From an uncultured delta proteobacterium (GTDB lineage: Bacteria; Desulfobacterota; Binatia; UBA9968), in assembly GCA_963727625.1 (NCBI GenBank), contig CAVSHR010000005.1, forward strand, positions 1,051,951 through 1,115,950: DNA of 64,000 nucleotides. The letters are read 5' to 3'. The notes beneath the pieces are model-generated. The model worked only from the letters and a program-made list of their open reading frames with translations. It searched no databases and was not told the origin of the DNA. The position numbers and the translations under genes are program-made. Positions 1 to 10,378 of the stretch are shown here, piece by piece (the stretch's first letter is position 1; every line of letters begins with the position of its first letter).

Positions 1-240
1 AAAAATATCCCTCTGCGCCACCGACGACAGATAGGATCCCGCCGCCATGGAGATCGCTCCGGAAAACATCGCCGTGAACCCGGTGATGATCACCACGAGG
101 CTGTTTTCGGTCGCGCCCTGCACTCCCGCGAGCAAACCGACTGTGCTGATTAACCCGTCTTGGATGCCGAAAACGAATTCGCGAATACGCGATCGGCTCT
201 CGATGATTTGTTTTTTCTGCTGGATTTCGTCGAGGGACAT
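1..240 (-). CDS. VIT1/CCC1 family iron/manganese transporter, 5' part (runs off the window edge)
   Basis: Not in the ORF track. Manual minus-strand translation from ATG at 240 gives MSLDEIQQKKQIIESRSRIREFVFGIQDGLISTVGLLAGV...FSGAISMAAGSYLSS, with the VIT1 signatures RExVFGxxDGL and GAxSMAxGxYLS. Confidence 0.85.
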   Translation of the reverse strand, partial: MSLDEIQQKKQIIESRSRIREFVFGIQDGLISTVGLLAGVQGATENSLVVIITGFTAMFSGAISMAAGSYLSSVAQRDIF

Positions 241-250
241 CCGATTTGTT

Positions 251-342
251 AATGGATCATGGATCATGGAGAATGGACAATTGAAGACCGGCTCGGGATT
301 TCCCGATTTCCAAAATTCTCCACTATCCATTATTCATTTTGA
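251..342. repeat. Heptamer-periodic inverted repeat element (ATGGAxx ... xxTCCAT type)
   Basis: aatggat/catggat/catggag/aatggac/aattgaa at 251-285 faces attctcc/actatcc/attattc/attttga at 315-342, with an internal near-palindrome tcgggatttcccga. Confidence 0.7.
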
Positions 343-344
343 CT

Positions 345-878
345 TTAGTATTTGAGTCCCAAATCTCCGGTCGGCTGACCGGGCTGCCAATCGGACGGGC
401 AGAGACGCTCGGTGCGCAGCGCCTTGACGACGCGCAAGGTTTCTTCGACGCTGCGCCCCACGTTGACGTGGCTCACGACCTGATAACAAATTACGCCGCC
501 GGGGTTGATGATGGAGGTCGCGCGCAAGGCGACCTGTTCTTTCTGATCCAGCACAGCGTAGGCCCGGCTGATTTTCTTGTCGACGTCGCTCAGCAGAGGA
601 TATTCCAAACCGCCCAATTCCTCGGCCCAGGCGCGATGGCTGTCGATGGAGTCGACGCTAACGCCGAGAATCGAACTATTCTCGGCGCCGAACGCTTGCG
701 CCATCTTGCTGAAACCGACCACCTCGGTGGGACAGATAAAGGTAAAATCTCCCGGGTAGAAAAACAGCACCAGCCATTTCCCCCGGTAAGCCGATAACGA
801 GTAATCGGCGACGCGGTCGCGGAAGATCCCCTTGGCGGTAAAATCCGGCGCTTGATCGCCAATTTGCAGCGGGTTCAT
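345..878 (-). CDS. ahpC: 2-Cys peroxiredoxin (AhpC/TSA family)
   Basis: Peroxidatic motif FFYPGDFTFICPTE, GRSVEETLR and resolving-Cys motif LCPSDW. Likely start is ATG at 878 (MNPLQIGDQAPDF). Confidence 0.9.
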   Translation of the reverse strand: MNPLQIGDQAPDFTAKGIFRDRVADYSLSAYRGKWLVLFFYPGDFTFICPTEVVGFSKMAQAFGAENSSILGVSVDSIDSHRAWAEELGGLEYPLLSDVDKKISRAYAVLDQKEQVALRATSIINPGGVICYQVVSHVNVGRSVEETLRVVKALRTERLCPSDWQPGQPTGDLGLKY

Positions 879-892
879 CGTCACTTCAACCA

Positions 893-1576
893 TCACGGAA
901 GATTTTGCCAAAGCGAAAAGGCCTCTTTCCGGTTCGGCGCAGCGGCCGCGGTAAACCAACCCTCTTCGATCGTGCCGGACTTGAGCAAGCCGAAAAAGTA
1001 GATTCGCAACATCTGTTCGATCAAACGCGGATACGGCAGATCCCGTTTCGGCTGATACCAGGTGTAAATCCAGTTCATCATGCCGAACAGAGTAAAAGTC
1101 GCCACCCGCAGGTCGAGAACCTTGCCGCCTTCCTGTTCTTGCAGCTCGCCGATCAAATCCATGATGACTTTGACATAGCGCCGTTTCAGCACGAGGATTT
1201 TGTCTTGGAAATCACCGGTGAGTGATTCATCCTCATGGGCCATCACCTTCATTTCCGGCATGTTGTGCAAGAAGAAACTGAGATGATTCTCGGCGAAGGC
1301 GCGGATGCGCGCGCGTACGTCCAGCCCAGCGTCGGCGGCCTGCTCCCAGCGTTGCAACAGGGTCACGAAGCAGCGCTCTTGAATCAAATAAAGCAACTCT
1401 TCTTTAGTGGAAAAGTAATAATACAGCCCGGACAGGCTCATCTTGGTGGCGCGCGAAATGTCGCGCACCGAAGTGTGATGAAAGCCTTTTTCCGCGAAGA
1501 TCTTGGCTGATGTCTTGAGAATCAGCTGAAGCTTTTCGTCGTAGTGCCGTGTTGCGGGCTCAATGCGGTTGGACAT
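893..1576 (-). CDS. TetR/AcrR family regulator (KstR2/PaaR-like C-terminus)
   Basis: N-terminal HTH AKIFAEKGFHHTSVRDISRATKMSLSGLYYYFSTKEELL and C-terminal GMMNWIYTWY. Confidence 0.9.
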   Translation of the reverse strand: MSNRIEPATRHYDEKLQLILKTSAKIFAEKGFHHTSVRDISRATKMSLSGLYYYFSTKEELLYLIQERCFVTLLQRWEQAADAGLDVRARIRAFAENHLSFFLHNMPEMKVMAHEDESLTGDFQDKILVLKRRYVKVIMDLIGELQEQEGGKVLDLRVATFTLFGMMNWIYTWYQPKRDLPYPRLIEQMLRIYFFGLLKSGTIEEGWFTAAAAPNRKEAFSLWQNLP

Positions 1577-1690
1577 GGATAGACGGAATAGTTGCAAATC
1601 GGTCTTGGGCTGTCAACTTAGGTTCCTGCGTCGATAGGGCGTCCGCATCTGACTAGCCCGATCTTGAGCGCTTTGCATTTTCCGGTTTTA

Positions 1691-2779
1691 TCACTTCCCA
1701 ACTTCGAGCTCGCTCCCGCGAGCGGCGAAAAGCATCGCCTTCTCGATGGCGAATCCGAGCTCTTGGCCGTCTTTAAAGACCACCGTCTTGGGGGTCTGAA
1801 CGCGAAGGACAACACCATCCGCCCTAACCTTATAATCAATCAGATGCCCCGAATAATTACTTAACTCGACTCGACAGAGGATCGGACCCGCCTGGCTCAA
1901 AGAGATGTCCTCGGGACGCACCGCAACGACGCACTCGCCCGTAAGACCGCTTCGGTCAATGACGTTAAGGCGATGGTATCCGAGTAATTCGACCGTGGCT
2001 TGTTCTCCGCTCCGGCTGACGACGCGGCCGGGAACGAAGTTCATGAGGCCGATGAAGTCGGCGACGAAGCGGTCCGCGGGTTGTGCATAAATCTCCGCCG
2101 GGACGCCAACCTGGACGATGCGGCCTGCATTCATGACGGCCAGTCGGTCCGACATCGCCAGCGCTTCGCTCTGATCGTGGGTGACGTAAAGAATCGGAAT
2201 GCCGGTTCGGCGCTGCAAGTCCTTCAGCTCGAAGCGCATCTGCTCGCGCAATTTTGCATCGAGATTGCTCAGCGGCTCGTCGAGCAGGAGTATTTCGGGC
2301 TCCTTGATCAAGGCCCGAGCCAAAGCAACCCGCTGTTGTTCTCCGCCGGAGAGCTGGCTCGGATAGCGATCTGCCAAGAGATCGAGACCGACGGAATGCA
2401 AAGCCCCTTCAAGCTTCGTTTTGATGACTTCTTTTGGCAGCTTCTTGAGCTTCAACGGATAAGCGACATTGTCATGAACCGTCATGTGGGGCCAAACGGC
2501 GTAATTCTGAAAAACCATACCGATCGGCCGGAATTCCGTGGGTACGTTGACTCCGTCAGCCGTCGAATTCACGCGCGTTTCGCCGATGTAGATGGTCCCT
2601 TCGCTGGGTTCCTCAAGCCCGGCGACACAGCGCAGCACGGTGCTCTTACCGCAACCGCTCGGCCCGAGCAAAGAGAAAAACTCCTTGTCGCCGACGGAAA
2701 AAGTTACGTCGTTGGCAGCGACGACTTTGCCGTACCGCTTGGATAAACCGATAATCCTGATCTTTTCCATGCTGCTCAA
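1691..2779 (-). CDS. ABC transporter ATP-binding protein (FbpC/PotA-like, C-terminal TOBE)
   Basis: Walker A GPSGCGKS, signature [19 protein letters not shown] and VTHDQ. Confidence 0.95.
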   Translation of the reverse strand: MSSMEKIRIIGLSKRYGKVVAANDVTFSVGDKEFFSLLGPSGCGKSTVLRCVAGLEEPSEGTIYIGETRVNSTADGVNVPTEFRPIGMVFQNYAVWPHMTVHDNVAYPLKLKKLPKEVIKTKLEGALHSVGLDLLADRYPSQLSGGEQQRVALARALIKEPEILLLDEPLSNLDAKLREQMRFELKDLQRRTGIPILYVTHDQSEALAMSDRLAVMNAGRIVQVGVPAEIYAQPADRFVADFIGLMNFVPGRVVSRSGEQATVELLGYHRLNVIDRSGLTGECVVAVRPEDISLSQAGPILCRVELSNYSGHLIDYKVRADGVVLRVQTPKTVVFKDGQELGFAIEKAMLFAARGSELEVGK

Positions 2780-4437
2780 AACCCCGCAACGCCGCCGGTT
2801 AGCCTTCGCAGGATCGCGTTACCCAGGATCAATAGACCCATGACGATCGAAGCGAGGGCGGCGGCTATCTCTCGATACCCGGCATCCTGCAAGTTGTAAA
2901 CGACAACTCCGATGGTTTCGGTATGATAGGCGTAGAGTAGAATCGAGACGGTGAGCTCCCGCAGAGCGGGCATGAAAACTAGAATCCAGCCGGCGATCAT
3001 TCCCGGCCGAGCCAATGGAAGAATGATGTCGCGCAATCGTGGCAACAATCTTGCCCCTGAAGCCCTGGCGGCTTCTTCGAGTGAATCGTGCACTTGTTGT
3101 AGCGTCGAATTCGTCGTCCTAACCGCGAATGGCAGATAAACCGCGAGATAGGCCGCCAGGATGATCCACAGTGTACCGTATAGGCTTACCGGCGGTCTCG
3201 ACCACGCAAGAATCATGGCGATGGCAATCACGGTATGGGGCACGGCGTATGGAATCGTCGCGAGAAAGTCGAGCGCGCGACTACCCCTTAGCTTTGCCTT
3301 GACGTGCAGATAGGAAATCACGGTGCCGACAAACATGGCTACCGTGGCCGAGACCGCACCGAGAAACAAACTGTTGATAATCGCTCGCTGCGCCGTTTCA
3401 AACTTGAGCACATAATCAAAATTTTGCAGCGTGAGGTTGGCGGCGCTGATCGGTGCGCCCCAGTAACGCATCAGCGCCGTCAGCACCATGGAAACAATGG
3501 GCAGGATCGAAATAAAGACAACGATCGCCGATGTCAATAGAGATAGCGGATAGCGGATCGAACGAAGTTTGAGCTCGGAGGGGTGAACCGCCTTGCCGGA
3601 AATGACCGTAAAGCGGCTCTCGCCTCTTTGAATGCCGAACTGAAGCGCCATGGTGACGAGCGCCACCAGCACGAGCATACTGGAAAGCGCCGTGGCCAGG
3701 CCGAAATCCGGGATTGCCAAGGCGTAATAGATGCTGGTCGTGAGTACGAAAAATCTCGCTCTCATCCCCAGCAGCGCCGGTATGCCAAAATTGGCGAGGG
3801 CGCCGATAAATGCCAGTAAGCCACCCGCCATAATCGCGGGCAGAACCAGAGGTAAGGTTATCTGGCGCATAATCTGGTAGGTGTTGGCGCCCGATGCGCG
3901 CGCCGCCTCTTCGAGACTTGCGTCCATGCGCTCCAATGCGCCCGCTACGGTGATAAAAACCAAGATGAAATAGTGCACCGTCAGAACAAAGACAATGCCG
4001 CCGGGGCCATAGATGTTCCAGGGCACGGTGGTAAAACCAAAGACCTCAAAGAATAGCCGGGCAAGGTAACCTTGCGGACCCAGAAGTTGGATCCAGGAAA
4101 TCGCGGCAAAAAACGACGGCAGCGCATAGGGCAAAACCAACAACGTTCTCAGTGCCTTTTTGCCGGGCAGATCGGTCCGGATGACGAGAAACGCTAGAAG
4201 CGTGCCCAGCGCCATGCACATCGCGGCAGTGGCACAAGAGACCCAGACCGAATTGAGCAGCGCCCGATAGTAACTGGGATAGGAAAAAACCTTTTGATAG
4301 CTTTTGAGAGACAGGACACCGGCGTCGAGGAAACTCCGATAGAAGACCTGCCAGAGCGGATAAATGACGACAAGTAGAACAAACGCGCCGGCCGCCGCCA
4401 TCAAGAAATAGCGGCGGTCGAAGTTGGAAGCGGTCAT
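2776..4437 (-). CDS. ABC transporter permease with two TM modules (FbpB/AfuB-like)
   Basis: Two EAA motifs (LEEAARASGA twice) and many hydrophobic helices. Confidence 0.93.
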   Translation of the reverse strand: MTASNFDRRYFLMAAAGAFVLLVVIYPLWQVFYRSFLDAGVLSLKSYQKVFSYPSYYRALLNSVWVSCATAAMCMALGTLLAFLVIRTDLPGKKALRTLLVLPYALPSFFAAISWIQLLGPQGYLARLFFEVFGFTTVPWNIYGPGGIVFVLTVHYFILVFITVAGALERMDASLEEAARASGANTYQIMRQITLPLVLPAIMAGGLLAFIGALANFGIPALLGMRARFFVLTTSIYYALAIPDFGLATALSSMLVLVALVTMALQFGIQRGESRFTVISGKAVHPSELKLRSIRYPLSLLTSAIVVFISILPIVSMVLTALMRYWGAPISAANLTLQNFDYVLKFETAQRAIINSLFLGAVSATVAMFVGTVISYLHVKAKLRGSRALDFLATIPYAVPHTVIAIAMILAWSRPPVSLYGTLWIILAAYLAVYLPFAVRTTNSTLQQVHDSLEEAARASGARLLPRLRDIILPLARPGMIAGWILVFMPALRELTVSILLYAYHTETIGVVVYNLQDAGYREIAAALASIVMGLLILGNAILRRLTGGVAGF

Positions 4438-4466
4438 GCGCAAGAACGGCTAGGCGCCGCGGCCGT

Positions 4467-5471
4467 TTACTGAAGCATGATCTTCTCAAATTTTTCCCGG
4501 ATGGCCGGAGCGTTATCGGCCGCCCACTCGTAGGGAATCGCCATCATCTTGATCTGCTTGGCCGAAGGCTGACCTGCCGGCGGTTTGACGTCCCCCCGTA
4601 CCGGGATCACTTGTTGCTTGACCAAAAATTCCTGGCCTTGTTTCGATAACACGTAATCGACGAACGCTTTACCGCCGTTGGGATTTTTGGTTCCCTTGAT
4701 GATCGCGATCGGGCTGGGTACGGAGACAGCTCCATCCGAAGGCCAAACAATCGCAAGCGGCGCGCCCTTCTTGATCAAGCCCGCGACGATATAGTCGAGC
4801 GTCATGGCAACGCCGAACTCTTTGCCCGCCAGAGCACTAGCGGCGTCAGAGTTGCCGCGCACGACGGCTACCCCTTTTGCTCGCGCGCGTTCGAACCATC
4901 CCCAACCGTCTTTTCGCACAAAGGCGGCAACCGTGACGAAATTCGAACCGGAATAGAGCGGGTTGCCCATCGCCGCCTTCTTGCCAACATCGGGAAAATC
5001 ATTCCAAGATTTCGGCGCGTCTTTCAGCGCAATCACCTCGGTATTAACCGCGATGATCATGTTGATCAGTCGCCCTGCAGTGAAAAACCCTTGCGGATCC
5101 TTGAGCTCTGCGGGAATCGCTTTGGCCTCGGGAGAAATATACGCGAATAGCTCGCCGCGCTTTTTGAGATTGTAATAAACGGGTGCGTCGGCTAGCCAGA
5201 GCAGATCGGCGCGGATACCGCCCACCTCACGCTCCGCGGCGATTTTGGCGCCCACCTCGGTGCTGCCGGCGCGGTAAATTTCTACTTTGATGTCCGGCCG
5301 CTTTTTCATAAACGCGTCGGCGAACTGGGTCGCAAGCCGCTGCGGAACCGAGGTATAGAGCAACACGCGGCTGGGCGTTTTCATTTGAGCGAAAACCACC
5401 GCAGCGCTCAACGCGATCATCCCACTCATCAGCATCATTACTACACTCGATCGACGAATCAGCTTTTTCAT
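4467..5471 (-). CDS. ABC transporter substrate-binding protein (Fe3+/sugar-phosphate cluster)
   Basis: Signal peptide, LYTS, ADLLW, PKSWND, NPLYSGS and WPSDG motifs; co-oriented with the permease and ATPase. Confidence 0.9.
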   Translation of the reverse strand: MKKLIRRSSVVMMLMSGMIALSAAVVFAQMKTPSRVLLYTSVPQRLATQFADAFMKKRPDIKVEIYRAGSTEVGAKIAAEREVGGIRADLLWLADAPVYYNLKKRGELFAYISPEAKAIPAELKDPQGFFTAGRLINMIIAVNTEVIALKDAPKSWNDFPDVGKKAAMGNPLYSGSNFVTVAAFVRKDGWGWFERARAKGVAVVRGNSDAASALAGKEFGVAMTLDYIVAGLIKKGAPLAIVWPSDGAVSVPSPIAIIKGTKNPNGGKAFVDYVLSKQGQEFLVKQQVIPVRGDVKPPAGQPSAKQIKMMAIPYEWAADNAPAIREKFEKIMLQ

Positions 5472-5492
5472 GATCCACCTCGCTGTTAGAGT

Positions 5493-6281
5493 TTACTCGC
5501 TTTGTAGCTTGGCCAACTGGGCGTTGAGAAACGCCGTGGATTTCTGCACCATCCCCGCCTCGTCCTTCGGATTCCATCCCTCGATCACCAACGCGCCGTT
5601 ATATTTTTCTTTCAACGCTTGCAGCACCGGCTCGAAGGCGATCTCCCCTTGCCCCATAAGGGCATGAACCTTTCCATTTTTAGTGTCGCTGATGTGAATA
5701 TGTCTGATCCGCCGTAGAGCCCGAATGAACTCGACCACGTCCATCACCGTGTGCGCATGCGAAACATCGAAGGTCACGCCAAAATTCTCCATGTTCACAG
5801 CGTCGGTAATCTGATTGGCGATCTCCGGGTAAATAACCACTTCCTTGTTACGCTTCTCCATCGTTTCCATAGCAATAACCAGGCCCAGCTCCTTGCCCCT
5901 GTTGGCAAAACGCGTGAAGGCGCTGATTTGCATATCCCATATACCCTCCGGCGCGTCCTGCCGACCGGTGAGATAGCCCGGATGAACGGTGATGACTTTG
6001 GCACCCATCGCCGCGGCTTCCTCGATGCCCTGGATAACTTGGCGGACCGATTCTTCTCGGATGCCTGGGTTACTCGAGGTGATGTTGAGATCGCCGATGG
6101 GGCCATGGACGGAAAGGCTCAGGCCGGATTGGCGAAGCCTTTTTAGCAGCTCACCTTTGTCGTCGCGCCATAGGTGCTCGGTCCAAACCTCGAGCCACGA
6201 CACGCCATGGTCACGCGCAAGATCGATCACATCACCGAGCGGATGAGATTTAAAAAGCAGGCTAGAAATTGCCGTTTCCAT
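5493..6281 (-). CDS. Sugar phosphate isomerase/epimerase (xylose-isomerase-like TIM barrel)
   Basis: Metal-binding motifs VHGP, VHPG, AMETM, FDVSHA, HIHISD, H-x(3)-GQG and VIE. Confidence 0.85.
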   Translation of the reverse strand: METAISSLLFKSHPLGDVIDLARDHGVSWLEVWTEHLWRDDKGELLKRLRQSGLSLSVHGPIGDLNITSSNPGIREESVRQVIQGIEEAAAMGAKVITVHPGYLTGRQDAPEGIWDMQISAFTRFANRGKELGLVIAMETMEKRNKEVVIYPEIANQITDAVNMENFGVTFDVSHAHTVMDVVEFIRALRRIRHIHISDTKNGKVHALMGQGEIAFEPVLQALKEKYNGALVIEGWNPKDEAGMVQKSTAFLNAQLAKLQSE

Positions 6282-6359
6282 AGATCTCTCCTTTTATTCC
6301 GGCTACTTAGCTGGCTGCCCAGCTCCTGTCAAATGAATTTTCGGTAAACGGTTCAATGC

Positions 6360-6962
6360 CTAGATCTCGACTCCAAGCTGCTGCAGTTCTATGCGCAACC
6401 GCGCTATTTCGCCGCGCTGGTAAATAATTACATTCACGCCTAGCTCTCTCGCCGGTTGCGCGTAGGAATCGTTATCATCGATATAGACGATCTCGCGCGG
6501 GCGCACTCCCGATTTTTCGATCATAGCCTTGACGAAATTGGGCTCAGGTTTGGTCATGTGCAAATCGAAAGAATAAACTTCGATATCGAACAGGTGGCGG
6601 AAGCTATACCTCTCTTCGAGAAAGGCAACGCGGGTTCTGATATTTCCCGAGAATGCGATGATCGAGTAATTTTTTCGCAATTTTGATACGAGCGCATATA
6701 TCTCCCCGTCGAGAATGTAGCTGTCATACCATTCGCTTTGGATCAAGCGGCCATCGTAACTTGACGGCAATTGCTGCTGCGCCCATTGCCAGAATTCCTC
6801 ATCTGTCATAAGACCTTTACGCAACAAAATACTTTGCGGAGAGGATAAGATAGCACTAACCACGCTGCGGTCGTAGCCATGCGCCGCCAATTTATCCAAA
6901 GCCACGGATTTGCCCTCCGAGAACAAGACACCGCCGAGATCCACGACCACGGTCTTAATCAC
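6360..6962 (-). CDS. HAD-family phosphatase (YihX-like)
   Basis: Motif I DLGGVL, motif III KPEP and motif IV YIDD. Confidence 0.88.
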   Translation of the reverse strand: MIKTVVVDLGGVLFSEGKSVALDKLAAHGYDRSVVSAILSSPQSILLRKGLMTDEEFWQWAQQQLPSSYDGRLIQSEWYDSYILDGEIYALVSKLRKNYSIIAFSGNIRTRVAFLEERYSFRHLFDIEVYSFDLHMTKPEPNFVKAMIEKSGVRPREIVYIDDNDSYAQPARELGVNVIIYQRGEIARLRIELQQLGVEI

Positions 6963-7135
6963 TCCTGGTCACTCCTAAAAAGAATTATCGTTCAAGCGAA
7001 AGTCGTTCCAAGCGACCACCACAGGGCCGCGGGATCGTGGAAAGAGAGATCAAATGTAGCAGAAATTCACCTAAGTAGTGAAGAAAAACCTACCTTGAAT
7101 CACCCATCACACTGGTGTATTGCTAAAAAAACACC

Positions 7136-7909
7136 ATGAACTTCGAGAACGTCATTGTCGAAAAAGATGGCGCCGTGGCCGTAGTTACGTTGAACCGTCC
7201 CCAGGCGCTCAACGCGCTATCCTATGGCCTGGTCAAAGACCTCTCGCTGGCCATGCAGGCGCTCGATCGGGATCAAGAAGTTCGCGTGATCGTCGTCACG
7301 GGGGGTCAAAAAGTATTTGCCGCCGGCGCGGATATCAAGGAAATGGCCGACCGCGGCCCGTTCGATGAACGGATCCGCGAACGGCTCGCCTATCGCGATC
7401 AAATCAATAAAATCGCCAAGCCCGTGATCGCTGCGGTAAGCGGCTTTGCGTTGGGCGGCGGCTGTGAGTTGGCCATGAGCTGCGACATCATCATCGCCTC
7501 CGAGACCGCGCGTTTCGGCCAGCCCGAGGTGAATCTCGGAATCATTCCGGGCAGCGGCGGCACGCAAAGATTGACCCATGTGCTGGGCAAGCACCGCGCC
7601 ATGGAGCTGGTGCTCACCGGCGATATGTTGACGGCGAACGACGCCGAGCGCTTGGGCTTGGCGAATCGCGTCGTACCGGTCGAGCTGCTCTTGGAAGAAG
7701 CGAAAGCGGTCGCCAAAAAAATCGCCGCCAAACCGGCGCTGGCGATCAAAGAGGCAAAAGAAGCCGTGCTCAAAGCGGCCAATATGCCACTCGACGAAGG
7801 GTTGGACTTCGAACGCAAGGCTTTTTACTTGCTGTTCGCTTCCGAAGACCGCACCGAAGGGATGAAAGCCTTCCTCGAAAAGCGCAAGCCCGAATTCACC
7901 GGTAAATAG
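7136..7909 (+). CDS. paaF: Enoyl-CoA hydratase (PaaF-like)
   Basis: Crotonase motifs FAAGADIKEM, GGGCELAM and FGQPEVNLGIIPGSGGTQRL. Confidence 0.85.
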   Translation: MNFENVIVEKDGAVAVVTLNRPQALNALSYGLVKDLSLAMQALDRDQEVRVIVVTGGQKVFAAGADIKEMADRGPFDERIRERLAYRDQINKIAKPVIAAVSGFALGGGCELAMSCDIIIASETARFGQPEVNLGIIPGSGGTQRLTHVLGKHRAMELVLTGDMLTANDAERLGLANRVVPVELLLEEAKAVAKKIAAKPALAIKEAKEAVLKAANMPLDEGLDFERKAFYLLFASEDRTEGMKAFLEKRKPEFTGK

Positions 7910-7924
7910 AAACGAGACTAGGCC

Positions 7925-8704
7925 GTGGCCTACGAAACAATCATCTACGAAAAATCCAATGGTGTGGCGACGATCACGCTCAACCGACCTCAATCGCTCA
8001 ACGCTTTCGTGCCGCAGATGAACAGGGAAGTGCTCGAAGCCCTGCGCGCCGGCGAGCGCGATCAAGAAGTCCGTTGTTTCATGATCACCGGCGCGGGCCG
8101 GGCATTTTGCGCCGGACAGGATCTCAAGGGCCGCACGCCGGATCAGAAAGGTTCTTTGGGCGCGTCGTTGCGGGAAAAATACAATCCGATGATCCGCCAG
8201 ATCCGCCGGTTGGAAAAAATCGTCATCGCCGCGGTCAACGGCGTCGCCGCCGGCGCCGGGTGCAATTTCGCTCTGGCTTGCGACTTGCGCGTCGCCTCGG
8301 AAGACGCCAAATTTATTCAATCGTTCGTGCGCGTCGGCTTGGCGCCCGATTCCGGCGGCAGCTTCATCTTGCCGAGGCTGGTCGGCGTGAGTAAGGCCAT
8401 GGAGCTGTTGCTGCTCGGCGACGCCATCGACGCCAAGGAAGCTCAGCGCATCGGCTTGGTGGCGCGGCTCTTTCCCGCCGCTGAATTTGCCGCTTCGGCG
8501 CGCGCCGTCGCCGAGCAAGTGGCCCGCGCGCCGCGCGGCATCGGCCTGATCAAGCGCGCCGTCAACCACGCCAATTTGGCAAATCTGGAAAACGACCTCG
8601 ATTACGAGGCGCATTTGCAGGAAATCGCCGGAAGAAGCTCCGACTACGACGAGGGTGTGAAAGCCTTTTTGGAAAAAAGAACACCTGTGTTTACCGGGAA
8701 GTAA
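7925..8704 (+). CDS. paaG: Ring-1,2-epoxyphenylacetyl-CoA isomerase-like crotonase (PaaG-like)
   Basis: AFCAGQDL, YNPMIR, NGVAAGAG and GLAPDSGG motifs; follows paaF. Confidence 0.8.
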   Translation: MAYETIIYEKSNGVATITLNRPQSLNAFVPQMNREVLEALRAGERDQEVRCFMITGAGRAFCAGQDLKGRTPDQKGSLGASLREKYNPMIRQIRRLEKIVIAAVNGVAAGAGCNFALACDLRVASEDAKFIQSFVRVGLAPDSGGSFILPRLVGVSKAMELLLLGDAIDAKEAQRIGLVARLFPAAEFAASARAVAEQVARAPRGIGLIKRAVNHANLANLENDLDYEAHLQEIAGRSSDYDEGVKAFLEKRTPVFTGK

Positions 8705-8710
8705 ACTCGC

Positions 8711-8770
8711 GTCTCTAGTCTGAGGTCTTGCGTTTTAACTCCAGACTCTCGACACTAGACCCGAGACAGG
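8711..8770. repeat. Heptamer-periodic inverted repeat (GTCTxxx ... xxxAGAC type)
   Basis: gtctcta/gtctgag/gtcttgc faces agactct/cgacact/agacccg/agacagg in the paaG-paaH spacer. Confidence 0.6.
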
Positions 8771-8778
8771 AAATTCTT

Positions 8779-9645
8779 ATGGCCAACAAAAACCAAAAGA
8801 TCGCCGTGCTCGGCGCCGGCACCATGGGCGCGGGCATCGCGCAAGTTGCCGCTCAAGCCGGCTTTCCGACTCTTGTTTACGACATCAAGCAGGAATTCAT
8901 CGACGCCGGCATGGGGCGCGTGCGCAATTTCCTCAAGGGCAGCCGTAATCGCGGCAAGCTCAGCGCCGAGCAGGAACAAGAAATCCTCGACCGCTTCAGC
9001 GCATCGACGAAGCTGGAGGATTGCCGCGGCGCCGCGCTGGTCATCGAAGCCGCGCCGGAAAAGCTCGACTTGAAGCGCGACATTTTCAAGCAGCTCGATG
9101 TCATTTGCGCGCCCGAGACGCTCCTGGCAAGCAACACATCTTCGTTTAACGTCACCGCCATCGCCGCGAGTACTCGCCATCAAGAGCGTGTCCTAGGTCT
9201 GCACTTTTTCAATCCACCGCCGCTCATGGCGCTGGTGGAAGTGATTCAAGGCGATCGCACCAGCGCGGCGACCATCGAGAACGCCACCGAGCTCGTGCGC
9301 GCCATGGGCAAGACGCCGGCGCGCGCCAAGGACACGCCCGGCTTCATCGTCAATCGCATCGCCCGGCCCTTTTACAACGAGGGACTGCGCATGCTCGGCG
9401 ACGGCGGCGCTTCCGTGGAAACCGTCGATCGGATCATGAAGGAAGCCGGCAATTTTCGCATGGGCCCGTTCGAGCTCATGGACCTGATCGGGAACGACAT
9501 CAACTTCGCCGCCACCGAGTCGCTCTATCGTTCTTTTTTTGAAGATCCGCGCTTTCGCCCGAGCCCGATCCAGCAACGCATGGTGATGGGCGGCAACATG
9601 GGCCGCAAGACCGGCCGGGGTTTTTATACCTATGACAAAAAATAG
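8779..9645 (+). CDS. paaH: 3-hydroxyacyl-CoA dehydrogenase (PaaH N-terminal half)
   Basis: Rossmann motif [26 protein letters not shown] and [12 protein letters not shown] at 8779 follows AGGA. Confidence 0.88.
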   Translation: MANKNQKIAVLGAGTMGAGIAQVAAQAGFPTLVYDIKQEFIDAGMGRVRNFLKGSRNRGKLSAEQEQEILDRFSASTKLEDCRGAALVIEAAPEKLDLKRDIFKQLDVICAPETLLASNTSSFNVTAIAASTRHQERVLGLHFFNPPPLMALVEVIQGDRTSAATIENATELVRAMGKTPARAKDTPGFIVNRIARPFYNEGLRMLGDGGASVETVDRIMKEAGNFRMGPFELMDLIGNDINFAATESLYRSFFEDPRFRPSPIQQRMVMGGNMGRKTGRGFYTYDKK

Positions 9646-10378
9646 TCTTGCCATCATCGGCACGAGCCGCCTCGCGGAGGAACTGCTGCGCCTCAGCCAG
9701 GAAAAGGGGCTGGAGGCAAAGCAGGCACGCGACCCCGCCGGCGTGGCCTTGACCACCGAGTGCGTCATCGACACCGAGAACGGCGCCGAAGAGCGCAAAC
9801 GCGACTTGCTTCAGCGGCTCGACACCGCCTTGCCGCAGTCGGCGCTGATCATTACATCCTGTTTGCGCTCGGCTACGACCGTGATGGCGTCCTGGGTGAA
9901 ACGGCCCGAGCGGCTTGTGGGCTTCGCCACCTTTTTTCCGCTTAAAGACCGAAAGTTAGTGGAGCTCGCAGCCGGGTTAAGAACCGCCGACGCCTCGATG
10001 GCGCAAGCGGAGGAGATCTTTAAATCCCTCGGCAAAGCAACCGTGCGCGTCAAAGACAGTGCCGGCCTTACTTTTCCACGCATTTTAAGTTTAATTATTA
10101 ACGAGGCGGCAAGAAGTCTCGAAGAAGGCGTCGCCGGCGCGGAAGAGATCGATGTTGCCATGCGGCTTGGCGTCAATTATCCCCAAGGCCCGTTGCGCTG
10201 GGCCGATCAGATCGGGTTGGACGAAGTACTCGCCGTGCTCGAAGGTTTGCAGCGCGAGACCGGCGACGACCGCTATCGCCCGGCACCGCTCCTCAAGAAG
10301 CTCGTCATCGCCGGTTTTCTCGGCGAAACCAGCGGCAAAGGTTTTTACTCGCATCACGAAGGACAGGTGAAACCATGA
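9632..10378 (+). CDS. 3-hydroxyacyl-CoA dehydrogenase, second degenerate module (PaaH C-terminal half)
   Basis: [22 protein letters not shown] and RYRPAPLL; catalytic HFF replaced by ATFFP. Overlaps the upstream ORF by 14 nt. Confidence 0.82.
   Translation: MTKNSLAIIGTSRLAEELLRLSQEKGLEAKQARDPAGVALTTECVIDTENGAEERKRDLLQRLDTALPQSALIITSCLRSATTVMASWVKRPERLVGFATFFPLKDRKLVELAAGLRTADASMAQAEEIFKSLGKATVRVKDSAGLTFPRILSLIINEAARSLEEGVAGAEEIDVAMRLGVNYPQGPLRWADQIGLDEVLAVLEGLQRETGDDRYRPAPLLKKLVIAGFLGETSGKGFYSHHEGQVKP

Noticed and set aside
7217-8614. 465-aa minus-strand ORF
   Set aside because: Antisense shadow of paaF/paaG in GC-rich DNA with no recognisable motifs.
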